From Rhizaria sp. SCN 62-66 (Eukaryota): a stretch of DNA of 64,000 bases. This document shows positions 26,815-40,803 of the stretch, one piece after another. The notes under the pieces were generated by a model. The model worked only from the letters and a program-made list of their open reading frames with translations. It had not been told where the DNA came from and did no database searches. Both the position numbers and the translations under genes were made by a program. The DNA lies in the NCBI GenBank assembly GCA_001724265.1, contig MEDY01000127.1:1-64000 (forward strand), in the 5' to 3' direction. Positions within the stretch are counted from its first letter, which is position 1; the number at the start of each line of letters is the position of its first letter.

Positions 26815-29800
26815 ATGTCGTCGCAGCACTTTTCAAACGGCGGCGATGACGACGACGACGCCAGTGACTTTGATAACGGCACATCGACGCCCTATTCCCA
26901 AGACGCCCTTGTACGTCCACAGAACAATCTTCCTATTTCCCTTGCATTGTATAGGCCTGTGTGACGGCGTGTGTAGCCTTCTATCTACGATGTGCCCATT
27001 TATTGCAAATTCACTTGGTATACTATCTCCGTGTTTTCTTATCAATTTCTAAACCGCGCAGTATGCACTAATAACACTCACTTTTCCCATCCCTGCCTCC
27101 TTTCGCATTTCTCGCCTCGACCCTCCATCGCTCCAGAACGTCGAGTCGATCGAATCCATCGCCGCCGCGGCCACGGCCGAGCGCCTGCACCGGCGCATTG
27201 CGCAGCTGACGGAGCTGCTGGACCGCCAGCGCTCTCAGTCGCGCTCTCAGGGCGACGAACTGGAGCGGCTCGTCCACCATCTAGACACACTCGTCAACGC
27301 TAACGGGACCCTCGAGGACAACCTCTCCCGCGCGCAACGCGTCTTTTCGGCCTTGAGCTTCGAGATTGAGTGCGCCAACGCCAACCTGCCCCACGGTGCG
27401 AAGATCCCCTGGCCGTCCGACGTGTCCCCCACACAGTTCCAGGCGCGGCTGCTCGAGCTCGAAGCCAAGCTCGCGACGCCCTCCGCCGCAACTGCCGGCT
27501 CAGCGCTGGGGACGCGGCCGCGCGCGCCGACCGACGCGTTGCCCGTGCTGCCGGAGCCGGAGCCGGAGCCGCTGGTGTTGGTCACCGAGGCCACGGGCGC
27601 CGGCGGGCTGGGTGGCATCTACGCGTACCCCGGGGGAACACATGGTGCTCACGGTCATCTGGTGCCGCACGGGTACGCCACCGCGGCGGGCCACAGCCGC
27701 GGCCACAGCATCGTGCACCACGCCTGCGGGCTCGACTCGGTCTCCGTCTCGGCCGGTTCGGTGTCCATCTCGGCGTCGGCGCTGGCGCCGCTCTCCGGCC
27801 CGGCCTCCGCGTCGGCCTCTGCCTCGGCGTCGGCGTCGGGCGTGTACGTGCCCGCCGTGGTGTACCGCGCGCGCATCGCGGAGCTCGGCGCCGAGGTGCT
27901 GGCGCTGTCGGCGCAGTGCAGCGACCTGCGCGCATCGCTCGAGAGCGAGCGAGAGAAGCGCAACGCCGAGAAACAGGAGTGGGCAGCCGCCGAGGGCAAG
28001 TACCAGTCGCTCATCGCAAAGCTGTCATCCTCGCTTAACGAAGAGGAGGTCGTGCGGTCCAGCGCCGAGGCCGAGGCGGTGTCGCTACGGCTCACGCTCG
28101 CGAACCTGCAGCATAACAGCGGCAACGGCGGCTTCAACGGCGCTGGCGTGAGCAACCGTCTCAGTATGAGTGACGGCATCATTGTCAACACCAAGAGTAG
28201 CCGCAGCTTCAACGCACAGCGCATCAGCCCCATCACGGAGCAGGACGCGGACGAGTCTGCGCAAGAGCAGGAGCAAGAGCACCGCGAAACCGCCGCCGCC
28301 GCCGCCGCCGGTGTTGTTGTTGCGCAAGATCAAGAGAACGCTGTATGCGAGAGCGACGACGCGGCTACCGTGACTGCGGAGGAGGAGGCTGAGGCCAATG
28401 CACTGGTCACGCAGATCTCCACACACTGGCTGGAGCGTGTCGTTGCAGCGCCCTTGCTTTCCAACAACACCATTTTCGCCAACAACAAGACTATCAGCAC
28501 CGTCACCGATAAGGCTGAGAATGCGACTGATGGCGATGCGCCTCCGTTTGTCGATGAGCAGTGCGTGTTGGCGCCCTACAGCAAGCCGCAGCGCTGTGCC
28601 GTCTACGCGACGCCTCTCTGCGCAATCCTCAAGTGGGGCAGCAACAACAACAACGACAAGAACAACAACAACACAAACAACACAAATAACAATAACACCA
28701 ACGAGTCTCGCGTTGTGTTTTCGCGTTTCGCGTACGCTGCGCCGATCGTCAAGGCGTACTGCGGCGCCGACGCTGTCTCCGTTATCACCAACGGGAGCTT
28801 GAACAACACCACTGTGAACACTGACGACAGCGCTACAAATGCTGTTGCGGCAGCGCTTTTGTCGTTGGTGCCCGCGAACAAGACGAACTGTCTCGTCATC
28901 TTCACCATCACCATCGACACTAACAACTCCGAGAGCGGCGGCGCTGACCCCACGGGTGCCACCACGGGTACCCACGCTGCGGGGAGTAGCAACTCCACGG
29001 CGAGCGCACTGGTGTCGAGCGCAGTGACCGTGGGCAGCAGCGTGCGCGTCGCCGACCGGGCCTCAGGTTTGCCGACGCCCTTCGCGATGGCGATGGCCGC
29101 CGTGCTGGCCTCGGACCCCGCCGCGGCCGCCGCCGCCGCGCCCTGTCTCCCGTCCTCACACAACAACGGCGACACTGCTGCTGAGGGCGAGAGTGAGAGT
29201 GGGCTTGGGGATGCGATGAAGACCAAGTACCTGCTGTTCGTTGCGCGCAGCCCCGCCGAGGCGGCTGCGGTGGTGGAGGCCGCGGACAAGGCCCGCGAAC
29301 ACTCGCTCACGCTCTTGAACGACAACGGCACCGGCGCCGGCAACGCTGCGAGTGAGAATGAGAGTGTCCCAGAGAACCACGTGACGACGGTCCTGAGTGC
29401 GAGCGCCAGTGCTGGTCACAGTGGGTACCGTCAGCCCTCCGTGGCGCTGCCCGCGGCGCCCGGCGGCGGCGGCTCGAACTACAACACGCCGACCGCGGCC
29501 CCCGCGACGCCCAGCCACAACAATAGCTCTCACAGCGCCAACCTGAGCTCCGTCGCCGTGACGCCGCACAGCAACAGCACGAGCAACAGCGCGAGCTGCG
29601 GCGACACGGTGAACTACACAGGCGCGACTGAGTGCGCCGCGGCCCAGAAGCGTTCCCCGTCCACCGTCGTTCGCAGTAGCGCGGCCGGCGCGGGCGCGCT
29701 CGCCGCCGGCGCGGGCGGGGACCTTACGGGGACGCAGTTCGTTGGCGGCAATGGCGCGGCGATGGCGACGGGAACGGGCTACAGTCCAAGCGTCGTCAGC

Positions 29801-31051
29801 ACGGTCGGCATGGGCAGCCGGCTCGACTCGACGACGGGCCTCCCGCCGATCCCGGTGGACCTGGCGTTGCTGGCGGCCGCGCATGAGGCGCTGTCGCCCG
29901 TGTCGCCCAGCTCGGCCCACATGCAGCAACCGCAGAGCTCGGCCGCCAGCCGCGCGATCGAGAAGGCGCGCGCCAACGGGCTGCTGCCACCGCTGGAGCC
30001 CGCCGCGCACCTCGCGGCTGCGGCGCAGAACAACAAGAGCCACGGCTATAGTCACAACATCAGCGACAGCGCGCGTCACGTGCTGAGCCAGACCGCAAGC
30101 AACGCGACTGCGGGCGCGAACACCGCCGCCTACGTGAGCGCTGGAGTGAGCAGCATGAACAGCAGCAAGGGTGACGACGATGATGATGAGGACGACGATG
30201 ACGACGACGAGGATGTCAACACACCGTACACAGTCGCAACTGCTCTCATCTCTCAGCAGCAACAGCAGTCTCAGCAGCAGCAGAGTCAGTTCTTGACTCC
30301 GAACAAGGCCCCCGCGTCGGCCGCCGCCTACGACTCCCCCTACCCGAGCTACACCTCCGCCAGTGTGACGCCCTCAGTCACTGCAAATGCGGCGCACACG
30401 GCCCCCGCGACGGCGAGCCAGCCCGCCGCGCTGAGCACCGCGACGTACACGGCCCCCGAGCTGCCGCTGCGGTCCACGCTGGTCAAGTTCACCAAGGGTG
30501 GGAAGGACTCGCACCAGAAGCGCTTTTGCCTCTGCGCCAGCGGGCTGATCCAGTGGGGCGACTCGGACGCCAAGTACAAGTACCAGGAGCTCGTACGCAC
30601 CGTGATCCGCGGCTGCGACTCCTCTATCGACCCGAACAAGCTCAAGGGCTGCTCCACCGTCCTCCCAGCCTCGGCCGGATCAGGGAGCGGTCCCGCGGCC
30701 GCGGCGGCGTCTGCCAGTGCGGGTGCGAGTGCCGGCGCGGGCGCGAGTGCAAGCGGGGGCGTGAACCAGTCTCTGCTCTTCACCGTGGGCACGACCGGCA
30801 AGCAGCTTCTGCTGTTGGCGCCCGACGAAGACACGCTCAACACGTGGATCGACGCGCTCGAGACCGTGATCTCGCAGTCCATCGTCAGCCGGGCCTCGAC
30901 CGCGGTGCCCCCAGCCACTGCGGCCGCTGTGCTGTCGACCGCGTCCGCCACCATGAGCGCGTCGGGCGCGCGCGGCAGTCTGCAGGCTATGGCCAAGCGG
31001 TCGTCGATGAGTCTTGCTGATGCGCAGCTCAAGCCCATGTCGCCTGGGTAA
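26815..31051 (+). CDS. Coiled-coil and PH-domain protein, exons 26815-26910 and 27137-31051 (~1336 aa)
   Basis: ATG at 26815, phase-0 GTACGT...CAG intron 26911-27136, N-terminal coiled coils, C-terminal PH pattern (LVKFTKGGKDSHQKRFCL..GLIQWG...FTVGTTGKQLLLLAPDEDTLNTWIDAL); ends TAA. Confidence 0.8.
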
Positions 31052-31681
31052 ATAAGTGAAGCAGCGGGCGCGCAAGGTTCGCGAAAAACAAAAGCGGGGG
31101 ACATTCGCTTAAGATCCAAGTGAGGACTACTTTTTTGAACTTGACTAGATATATTCTGGTTTTTCTGTTGTGATCGTGATATATAATTCTGCATGTATAT
31201 GTAACTACTATTTTTGTATTAAAAATAACCAATATTTTTTTGACTGCGCTTTATTAGGCACTTTTATCCTTCTTGTAATAAAAACCACTATTCTGCCTGC
31301 CCCCACAAATTGTTTGAACGTTGTTTTTTTTAATCGCCAGAAATCAAGAATACATCCTCACATAACTCCATTTGCATACGAGGCTTTTCTATACTGACTG
31401 CACATATATTATCAACACTGATAACATTAATTTTTAAAAAGGGCCACTCTTTTGTGTTGCACGATTCTATGCAAAATCACAACTCCCAACGAACAATTTG
31501 TCACAAGTTGAATAAACATGCAAAACAAGTCAGCATACACAAGACAGAACGATATTACAAACAAATTTTAAATGTTGTGTTGCATTTATAGTTTTGGACT
31601 AGATGTTAAATATACAGATACAGATATCTTAATTGGGCTATTGTAACTATTTCATGTTCATCATGCAGGAGCCAATGTTTC

Positions 31682-34600
31682 TTACTTTGTTTTGGTCTTA
31701 CTGCTACCACCACCAAGCTGAAACCCGAGAATCTCCCTCTTGACAACATCCTTCGGGTGCGGCACCGAGAACAAATCCCTGCCTGTCTCCGTATCCCTCT
31801 TGGTGACCACAAGCCGCTGCTCGATCAACTCGCGCATGTACCGGCGGAACGCGTCCTCGTTGTTGACCACGAGTTCCGCGTACGCGCGCTCCAGCCACAC
31901 CGCGAACGACAGTCCGCGGAAGAGCGCCGTCGTCGATGCGGGCCGCCCGCGGCGCTTCTTCTCCGGCGCGGCCGCAGTGAGCCCGTCGCTCCCGGCCTTG
32001 TCGAGCTCGCCCGCCTCGATCGCGGCCACTTGCGCGCGCGCGAGGATGTTAAGCACGGCCTTGTGGTTTGTCGTCAGCGACGTCAGCGCGATGTCGAGCC
32101 GCGCCTTGACCTGCGCCTTGATCGGAATCGTCAGCACGGGCGCCATCGTCGTCAGCTCCTTCACGTAGGGCTCGAACGTCGGCGTGTGTTCGCACCACCA
32201 CCGGAACAGGTGACCAGTGCGTTCATCCGCCGCCAGCGGCACCGCCGGCCGCTCCGCCGTTGCGATGATGCGCACGGTCGGGACCGCGGCCAGCAGGGCC
32301 AGCACGTCGACCACGTCGCTGGCCAGCCGGTCAATGCTGTGCACGATGACCGTGAGCCGCGGCGGCAACGCGGTCGCCGTAGCGTCGAGGCTCGCGCGCA
32401 CGTCGTCGAACCCGCACGCGCCCTCGACGCGCGCGTGCGCGCCCTGGACCACTACGCGCGGCCGCGCGAGGTCGTACGACAGCGCCGCGACCTGCGTCGC
32501 CGCCGCGGCGCCTGCGGCAAGCGCAGCCGAGATGGAGCACACGCGCTCGGTCAGAGAGTTGCGGATGCGGAGGAGTTGCGAGAGGCGGCGGATCGAGTCC
32601 GCGGTGAACTTGGCGCTCGCGACAGCAGAAGACACAGCCACCGCACCCGCTGCGTCCGGCGCAAGAGAGAAAATAGAGCTCGCGCTTGCGCCAGTGGAGC
32701 TTTGACTAGCACTCGCGCTCGCGCTTGAGCTCGAAATCGCGTTTGCATTGTTGCAGAGAATAAGAGGGTGCGTGTTATGCGCCGCCGTCGGGACCGTTGA
32801 CGCTAGCACTGCCTGCGCTAGAGTGATGTTACCACCGGAGCCAGCGCAGCTGCCGTTGTTACTGCTGTTCTTGGACGATGTGTAAGTGGGGAGAGTGCCG
32901 TGGTGGGAGAGCGTGCCCGTTGTCGGGTCAATCACCACGACAGGAACGCCGGCGGTCACGCCGCCGACATCACTGAACACAACAGTATTCACGTTGCTCT
33001 TCGTTTCTGCGTCAGTATCCGTGCTGAAATTTTGCTCAGGACGCATGTGCACATCGCCGTTGCTCACAGTATCCACAACGCGGCTTAACTTGTCGAACAC
33101 GACATTCGCCTCCGAGCCCCACACGCTCACGCCAGCAGCGCTGCTTTGACCCGCCAATGCAGCGTTATTAGCGGCGTTACTCGCAGCAGCAGCGGCTGCA
33201 GACGCCGTGATATTATTGCCAAGCGCAGAATAGCTATCGAGATTGAGAAGGCTCCCAGAGCTGCTGCTGGCCACACTCGCACCACCGCTGCCAGCGATGC
33301 CGCTGTTGGCGAGCGCGTCACTGCCGCCGGTGAGATCGTCGTTCAGCTCGTAGATGCGCGTTAACGCGGCGGTCTTGGCCCTGCGCTCGCGCGATGCCGC
33401 CGGGGACAGAGAGTCGAAGCTGCTGTTGCTGCCGGCGAAGCTGCTCGCGTTCGAGGCGGCGAGCGCGGCGGCGGCGGGCGACGACGACGCCAGACTGAAC
33501 GGAGACTTGCCCGGGGTGCCGGAAGTGGAGTTTGTTGAGGAGTTGGCGTTCTTGGTCTTTTTGGCGGCAGTCTTCTTCTTGAGGAAGTCGATGCGCGCGT
33601 TGTAAGTGACACAGCTACTATCTAACGGCACCGGAGCAGGTGCGACAATAAGCGCACTGCTACCGACGTCGCTGTAGTTATTTGCAGTGTCGCCGCCAAT
33701 TTCTTGCGAGTCTAAGTTGTCCAGGTCGTTGTCTTCAAAGGGCAAGAGCTCTAAGTACCCATCATGCTCACAGTTACCACTGTTAGCGCAGTCAAAAGCA
33801 AGACCGAGTGCCTTGTCGACGTGTGCACCCACTTGCGCCACTGCTTTATCGCTCAGCGATTGTGAGAGAGACGCCATGAACGGCGGCTGAATGAGAGTCA
33901 CATCGGACTCCACACACAGGGCGCCGCCCCTACCCGCACTGACAGTAGAGCTAGAGCTGTTGTGATTGCTAATGTAAGGGGGCAGTGACTCAGGGGAAGT
34001 AAGCAGCAGGGTATGCGCGGCCTTTGACCCTCCCATCTGAGCCTGGTTCTGACCGCTAATGGCAGCGGTCGTGACGCTCACACCAGAAGTTAAGCCGGGG
34101 AGCGCACGGTCAAACGCCGGCGGGTCATACACATGCATATACGCGAGGTTAGTGGGTCCGGTCACCAGTGCTTCATTCATGATCACATTAAGCAGCTTCT
34201 TGCCGGTCATCTCCTGCGAGTACCCTTTCACGCTGACAACGGGGCCGTCGCGAAGGTACGCCGCCGCAAATTCCTCGACTAAGTGGTACTTGGACCCCAC
34301 GCCGTGCAGCAGCAAGTGCGCGCCGCCGGACTTGAGCGACGCCGCCCACACGGGGTAGCGCTGGCGCAGAGCAGTGCGCAACTGCCGCAGCCCCTGGTGG
34401 CCGAGCGCTTCAGTCGCCGTGCGCGCCTTGGCCTTGAGCATTTCCAGCGGGCCCGCGATAGTTACTCCGTCGAGCAGTGCCTCACCGCCGCCGGTGCTGC
34501 TGTTGAACACGCTGTCGTCGTCGCCGTACATGCTGTTGGCGCCCACGCGCTTGTTGCCGGCGAGCTGCTGTAAGTGCGCGACCGTGGGCAGCACACGCTG

Positions 34601-37600
34601 AGTGCTGCTGCCGCCGCTGGTGTAAGAACCCGGGGTACTTAGACTGCCGCTGCTGCCGCTAACGCCGCGCTTCTTGGACTTCCGCTTGCCAGTCTCACTG
34701 TTAGCAGCGTTGTCATCGTCGTTTTCACCACGACTCTTGCTGCTGCTGCTGCTGCTGCTTGCCTCAGTGGGAACGGGGATCGCACTCTTCAGAGCCCCAT
34801 TGCCTCCAAGCGTCGGGCCATTCGCCGCGTTCGCCGCCGCTGACGAAGTCATGTTGACGTCCGTCTCCGGCGAGAACTGGATGCTGCTCAGAGGCACGGG
34901 CGCGCGCACGGGCAGCGGACCCCTGGGGATGTTGCTGTCAGCGGCGGCAAACGCGCCCGCCAGTGTTGTTGTCGTTGCTGTTGTTGTCGTCGCAACCGGC
35001 GTCTCGCCGTCGTCATCCATAGCCGTTGTTGCCGCCGCTGCTGCTGCGGCGGCGGCAGTCGCTGTTGCAGTGACGGTAGCGGCGAGGTGCGACGGCGGGA
35101 AGCGCGCGAAGGTTTGCGTGTGCGCGTTGGCACCGCCCAGCTGCGCGAACTGAGCCAAGTCACGGCCGGTGCCGACGGCCACGAGCTCCGCCAGCTTGAC
35201 CGCACTGTTGCTGCTTGTGACGGCGCCAGCTCTATCGTACGTGTTACTTTCAGTCTTGAAGGAGATACCATCGTTCTCGATGACGGAGTTGTTGTGGATG
35301 TTGCGATTCTTCGCAAGGGTGAAGCCAGTCGCCGCGACTGCAATTGGCACAGTCGTCGCTGCTGCTTCCAAGCACTTGGCCTGTTCGGGATACTTAGACT
35401 GCTCTAAGTACAGCGCTGTGGTGACGGGCGGAGGATACGCCGCAATCAATGCGCGTGTATCAAAGCTAAGCCGCTCCGCCGCAGCGGCAGAGAGACGCGG
35501 AAGTCTCGCCGCGACCGCGAGCGGGGGACCGTGGGTAGTCACGCGTGCCGCAGTCATCGCGACCACAGGGGGGATGATGCCACTAGTACTGCCTGTGACA
35601 CTGGAACCGGAGCCGGTGCTCGAGCTAGTCAGGGTATTGAGATGGTCCGAGGAGCCGGTGGTCGTGTAAGGGGCGAGCGAGAGGTCTAAGTACGGCTTAT
35701 GCGGCCCGGCGAACACACTGGGGCCAGTGCGCGCCGCCGCCGCCGTGCTGGCAAAGGAAAACCCCGAGCCCGGAGCGTTGCTGGCGCCGCTCATCGAGCG
35801 TGAGGACGGGGACTGCGGCGCGTTCGCGAGATCAGGGTTAGAAGGGTACACGGGGGAAAACGCGCCCTTTTGCTTCGCACTACTCTCTTCGCCACCGTCG
35901 TCATCAACATCGCCAGCGTTGTGGTCGCCCTTGCCGGTGTTGTAGCCAGTAGTCGAGAGCGTGCGCAGTGCGCCCAAAGGCAGCTGCGCCGTTGACAACC
36001 GCAGCCCGCCAACGCCAAGTGGACTGGCCACGATCTTGGCACTGGTCGCGAGCGCCGCATCAGGGTCTTTCTAACCCCTTTCAGTGCGCGCGACACTGTT
36101 CTTGATCTCCGCGCCCCGCTGAACGTTCGCGTTGCCCACTGCAGCGAGGTTGCGGAGACTGTGGCCTTCCGTCTTCACGCTGGAATTGCTCCCAGCGCTG
36201 CTGCTGCTGCTGCTGCTGTTGTGATAAGCCGCGGCGTACTGCTTGGGCAGGTGTTTCTGTGTCGCCTTCTCCAGCACCGTGTTGAACGCACCCGCAAACA
36301 TATCCTCGTGCCCGGCCTCGATCGCGCCCGCGGCGACCGCGACTGACACAGCCGTATTGACCAGCGCCGAGTGATTGACCCCATGACCATGACTGTGAGC
36401 GGCTGACACAGCAGCAACGGCCGAGGGAGCCGGAACCGTAGCCGGGGCAGAGGGCCGGATTGTCGAGGCAAGCGCTCGCGCGTTGGCGTTGAGGTACCGT
36501 TCGACGCGGCCACTGATTGCGCGCTGTGTCATCCGTCCCTTAACGCCGCCCTTGGAGAGACTCGCACTGGACGCGACGCCGCACGCACCGCCGGGGTGGC
36601 AGTCGTCGTCGCCGGCGGCGGCAGCGGTGGCGGCGGCGGCGGTGGACTGGGACAGCAGCAGCGCGGCGGCGGTGATCAGGGTGCCGAAAGGCAGCGGCAG
36701 CGGCACTGCGCTTGACGCAGCGGTACTCGCACTGGTACTGGTATTACTCGCACCGTCACTTGAGGGAGCGCCGGCGTGAGAGGCCCGAGAGCGCTTGACG
36801 TTGGCCGTATTACCACCGCCACTGTCATGGTCGACGTTGTCGAAGTCAGGGCTGTCGTCGCCGTCCGCAATCGCACGGAGAGACGACGGTGACGATGACG
36901 ACGAAGACCGTTTCACTTGTCCCTGAGCAGCTGCCGCCGTGACAGACCGTGCGTCTCCCTCCTGAAAGCCGTCACCGGGCGGCGCAGCAAGGAAGGGGAC
37001 GGGGGGCGGGGGCTTGCGCGCCGAGCTACGACCGCCGCCGCCGCTGCGGTTCGCATCAGCATTCGAACTCGCACTTGGAGTGTTGGTTGAGCTGTTGTGT
37101 GCGTTGGCGGGGCTGTTTGAGTCGAGGATTGGGGTCAGACTGCGGCGCACAGTCGCCGAAAACGGACTGTTCCCCTTCACAATACCACCTTCACCAGCGG
37201 CATTGCCTGTGTTCGCGTTTCTGTTGTTTCTGCCGTTGCTGATGTTATCGCTGTTGATGGAGGAAGAGGAGGCGGGTGCAGAGGAGGCGAGACTGCCGGT
37301 GCGCGTCGAGAGATTGTGGTAGTTAGGAGACAGAGGCATCAGCGCGGGGCCAGCGGCGCGGCGCACGGGGGACAAGCGCGCGAGGAGGTTCTGCCTGCGG
37401 CTTGGGGTGCCAGGGGTCGCGGCAGCAGCTGTTGCATTGACAGGAGCGTTAACAGTAGCGTCTGCTGCGGTTTCAGCATCTGCTGCTGCCGATGTGGGGG
37501 CGGTAGCGCGGGAAGACGCTGGGGTGTTTGGAGCACTAGCCCGTGCGGCAGAAGTGCGCGCGGGGGAGCCGGGGGGCGATTGGCCAGGCGTGCCTGGCAT
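31682..37600 (-). CDS. ORC2: Origin recognition complex subunit 2 (~1972 aa) with one in-frame TAG at 36071-36073
   Basis: ORC2 motifs LLLHGVGSKYHLVEEF..VVSVKGY, VIVHSID, IIATAE, FRWWCEHTPTFEPYVKE, LTSLTTNHKAVLNILARAQ and winged-helix GLSF...VVNNEDAFRRYMRELIEQRLV. The upstream ORF 36071-37600 (many SP/TP sites) is in frame and supplies a likely ATG start; ends TAA. Confidence 0.88.
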
Positions 37601-38055
37601 CGCAGGGCTTCGAAAGAGTGAAAGAGAGTGAAGGCAACGGACGGGTGAGAAAGTGTGGGAAATAGACAGAATATATCACGAGTTAAGAAAATGATAGTTT
37701 GTGTTTATAATGTAACGGGTCAAATGACGCCACAAAATCTTAGTTTAGTTGCTATTGACGATCTAATTACGACATGGTAGACGTGTGTTGAGTGCGGAGT
37801 TGGGCGGCCGAGGAAAGAGCCGTTCGGCCGCTGCGAGCTTCCCGCCCACGACCTCGAAAATGTTTCACTTATATCTAGCGATATGATCGTGCGGTTGCGA
37901 CGCCGGGCAACATCAAATACTAGTTATTTGAATTGTTGTATTATTTCAATTTCTAATCCCACTTGAACCCCTCTGTCTTTCCCAGCTTCCCGTTTCTTTC
38001 TCGTCTCTCGTCCCTATCTCCAGCAGCAACCAACGCTTGCTTCAACGCGCTCGCA
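37601..38055. promoter_or_regulatory. Divergent promoter region shared by ORC2 and RAD1, with E2F-like TTCCCGCC at 37839-37846
   Basis: 455-nt gap between head-to-head start codons; motif read directly, function inferred. Confidence 0.45.
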
Positions 38056-39982
38056 ATGAGTGCCAGCGTTCGTCAACAAGGCACCGCCAGGCCCATGGCC
38101 ATGGGGTCTCCGACTTCAGACACGGTATGTCGCGTTTTATCCTCTTGCCTGTTTGTTTTCGCACTCTACTCTCTGCTTCAAAGCTCACCACCTCGCTTCG
38201 TTCGTGCGCACACTCGCCTCGCTCTTGCACCCCCCATCTCAGCAGCCTCCACTGCCGCTGTTCTCAGCCCGCCTCCCCGCCGTCGGCATCTTACGCGAGA
38301 TCCTTACCGCGATCCCGACGCTTCGCACCACGCGCATTCGCGCCACGGTGCAGCCCAGCGGCTTGACTCTGGAGTCGTTCTTCTCTGAGTCGCTCACTGC
38401 TGGCGCGTTTTTCCCCATCTCCGCCTTTTCGGACTATAAACTGCTCGGAAACGGAGCGACCTTCACAATCAACGCGGCTGATCTCCTTGCCTCACTTAAA
38501 GTACGAGTTTTGCGTTATTATACTTTGCCTATGACCGGTTTACGTTTCTTTGCTTCGTGTTTTCTGACAACCACCACAAATCTCATTATCTTACTCATAC
38601 GTTTTTTACTATGTTACGCTGACATACGTAGGTCGTGATGCCCATCACAATCCCCCAGTCCACCCTATCCCGCAGCTCCCGCGCCTCGAACGCGTACTCT
38701 GACAACAACAACTCCGTTCAGTCAACCTCGTTGATTCCGTTAGAGCTGTCGTACGCTTGCGAAGGGGCGCCCCTCAAGCTCGTCATGGCGCAGTACGCAA
38801 CAGGATATATATCGTTCCCATGTCAACCTTTCAAGTTAAAAACGAACTATAATATGAATTTAGTTTGCTTTCACTCTTAAATTTGTTTTTGTTCTCATCA
38901 TATTTCATCTTTGTCTTCAAACGCTCATTTTTAGCCCTGACTCGCCGCACAAGACGTCTATCACGATCGCCACCCTCTGCCTCACCGACACGGAGCACGG
39001 CAAGGCGAGCGGCCTCTTCGATTCCAACGACGACGAGGACGATCCCAATAGCAACAACAAGAAGGGCGTTGCCAACGCCACCGCTGCCGCTGCCGCCGCC
39101 GCCGCTGAAGGCAAGGACGATGACAACGCAGCATCCACGACCTCATTGCATAACGGCGATCACGACGGCGCTTTCGCCGACTCAGCGACCGCGTTCAAGG
39201 CGAGCATGCGGCTCGACCCCGCGACCTTGCGCGAAGCGTTGCTGGATCTCGAATGTGACGCCACGGGCAAGTTCGCCATGATGGAGATCTCGCCCGCCGC
39301 AGAGGGGAATGTACGTTATTATAAGTATCAGTGAACACATTGATGTGATATACTTTGGGCGAGTTTGCGACCTTGCTACTGTGACACTTTTTTGACTGAT
39401 TTTGTGTTTTCTTCTTTCAACTCGGACACACTGTTTCTCAATCTTTCGCACACACTCACACTCACGCATGCTGCTTTTACGATGATTTTTTCTTGTGTGT
39501 GTGTGTTTATGCCATTATAGTCCGCGCTGTGTTTCTCGCACAGCGACTCTAGCGGCGTGAAGCGCCACATCCAGTACCCTTCCTCTGTGGAACTCGTGGG
39601 TACGCATGGCCGGGCGCGCGTGGGGTGCCGCTTCGCGTGCCAGGAACCCGTGGCGGCCATCTACGCTCTCGGCGACCTCCGTGTGCTTGCGAAGCGCATG
39701 ATTCGCGCCGCCCCCGCACCCTACGCCTCCGCGATCACCACAGCGCGGAGTGCTGGTAATAGCTACAGTGGGATGGTGCGGGTGACCGTGGGCGGCAACG
39801 GCGTACTGCGGGTGCGCACGATGGTCCCCACGCAGGGCCGGTACCGCGGCGGCGGCGGCCAGGGGGGCGCGGACGGTGGTGTCGACTCGACAGCAGCGGC
39901 GGCCATGGGCTTGACTGATATGATCAGGATTGAGTATCTGCTTAAGGCACAGGAGGAGACGGAGGAGCTCTACGGCGTCTAA
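38056..39982 (+). CDS. RAD1: Checkpoint clamp (9-1-1) subunit RAD1-like, 5 exons: 38056-38124, 38243-38500, 38632-38792, 38935-39310, 39521-39982 (~441 aa)
   Basis: LFSARLPAVGILREILTAI...AGAFFPISAFSDYK...TFTINAADLLASLK...LELSYACEGAPLKLVM...LREALLDLE...HIQYP...VRVTVGGNGVLRVRTMV...IEYLLKAQEE parallels the Rad1/Rec1/Rad17 PCNA-like fold. All four introns are GT-AG and frame-consistent; ends TAA. Confidence 0.78.
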
Positions 39983-40803
39983 ACACGTGCAACCACAGCT
40001 TCCTAGCCGTCACAACAACTACAGCGTTCTCGCCAGTGCATGTTTCTCGCGATAGCCACAGCTGCGGCAAGCTGACGCGTAAAGTAACTTGTCGCAACAG
40101 TGTCGCAACAGTACTTTGTTGTGGGATTAAAGTGGTGCATATTGAGGTTCCAAGCGATTTTTAAAGTTATTTAGATTTCAACAACTGTTATATATTTGAT
40201 TCATGAATAAACTACGGAATTAGTTCGGAGATTTTCTTGTTATATCGCTGTGCCGGCTCTCGGTCGCCCGACTTAAACGACTCACTGTCGGCGAAGGGCT
40301 AGAACGCGGGGCACTCGCAGTATGGAGTCAGAAAAACGACAGGCAGCGCTTCACCCGTGCAGAAGCAATCACTACAACTGTTGTTGGCAGCCTATTTTTT
40401 TTTGCAACAGCCGCTGTTGCAACCATGATGAGCAACTTTGTTACGCGTGACGCAACTTTGATGACGTCAAGTTTTCGCCAGATTTAAGTGCGATATATAG
40501 CGATTTCAAGTAATTCTACAAGTGTTTTGAATAATAAAAACAGCTCGATATATGATCTACAAAAATAGGCTTATTATGCTTTTGGTTGAAGGATATAAAC
40601 CTTCAAGTGTAAATCTGACCACATATGACATCTGACACCCTGCCAGCTGCCAGCTAAGCAAGGGACGTAAGGCTTGCAACAAAAGATCTGATGTGCATCA
40701 CAAGCTCCGTTAAATGATTCATGCCCGACGGAAGACATTAATATTTGGCATTAACACGTACATATTTTAACGAAACACCTTCTTTGTTTGATATTATAGC
40801 AGG

